In this document: positions 63,892 through 64,000 of the stretch, one piece after another | Numbering within the stretch: the stretch's first letter is position 1 | Layout of the letters: the number at the start of each line of letters is the position of its first letter | Source of the DNA: an uncultured Anaerolinea sp. | GTDB lineage: Bacteria; Chloroflexota; Anaerolineae; Anaerolineales; UBA4823 | Length of the DNA stretch: 64,000 nt | NCBI GenBank assembly: GCA_964503625.1 | Contig: CAZDAU010000001.1 | Location: 2,101 to 66,100 of the forward strand | Direction of reading: 5' to 3' | Position numbers and translations under genes: made by a program | The notes under the pieces: generated by a model | Database searches by the model: none | The model's input: only the letters and a program-made list of their open reading frames with translations | What the model was told of the DNA's origin: nothing

Positions 63892-63911
63892 GGTGTCCAC
63901 CTCCAAACACA

Positions 63912-63942
63912 ATGTAAAACGCGAGGCCGTTGGCCTCGCGTT
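63912..63942 (-). terminator. rho-independent terminator-like hairpin immediately upstream of aroH
   Basis: Minus strand reads AACGCGAGGCC-AAC-GGCCTCGCGTT followed by TTACATT. The 11-bp perfect stem ends 24 nt before the aroH ATG. Confidence 0.55.
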
Positions 63943-64000
63943 AGGGTTACAGAGTGCTCGCTTCCCGCTTAAACGCCGCCAACGGCTGCCGTATGTGGCC

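Overview
GC-rich (about 60% by eye), roughly 90% coding bacterial chromosomal segment with about 62 protein-coding genes. I see no rRNA, tRNA, CRISPR array, transposase or integrase. Gene content and style (membrane glycosyltransferase/NHL fusion, long-form class II aldolase, aldehyde:ferredoxin oxidoreductase, TATAAT boxes abutting start codons) give an impression of a Chloroflexota-type genome; that is an impression, not a search result. Content in order: 1-3.2 kb secreted G5-domain protein, scpB, rluB. 3.3-6.8 kb a 1185-aa membrane glycosyltransferase-like/NHL fusion. 6.9-12.1 kb (minus) rarD, a small membrane protein, a pentapeptide protein, Nudix, class II aldolase, fabF. 12.1-14.4 kb (minus) thrC-like, fused moaD-moaE, moaC. 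14.6-22.1 kb ZIP transporter, redoxin, ftsY, prfB with its +1 frameshift, a large membrane protein, MFS, rpmF. 22.1-26.5 kb fabD, fabG, asp23, nusB, tatA/B, tatC. 26.5-34.5 kb an acyl-CoA operon: methylcrotonyl-CoA-carboxylase-type subunits, MaoC hydratase, CitE-like lyase, thiolase-like protein plus DUF35, interrupted by a HicB-like pseudogene. 34.6-44.5 kb two large secreted proteins, a ThiS/MoaD-like protein, a nucleosidase, AOR, nnr. 44.5-50.4 kb (minus) ytxH, DUF948-like, HD, OsmC, NYN-LOTUS protein, HDAC-like, DinB/TPR. 50.5-54.6 kb alaX-like, FAD oxidoreductase, acidic repeat protein, secreted alpha/beta hydrolase. 54.6-63.9 kb (minus) a complete aromatic amino-acid operon. This is mostly core metabolism rather than an obvious island, and I found no clear defence or mobile system. 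The items I consider most worth follow-up are: (1) a thiolase-fold protein lacking the nucleophilic Cys, paired with a Cys-less DUF35 protein next to a MaoC hydratase; (2) a bacterial NYN-LOTUS protein with a ~400-aa uncharacterised tail; (3) sulfur-carrier oddities (fused MoaD-MoaE translationally coupled to a ThrC-like enzyme; an orphan ThiS/MoaD-like protein with a GG+6 tail); (4) a HicB-like remnant with an in-frame TGA at a conserved Trp; (5) recurrent leaderless-type promoter/start-codon geometry. All family assignments come from reading the translations by eye; no database search was run.
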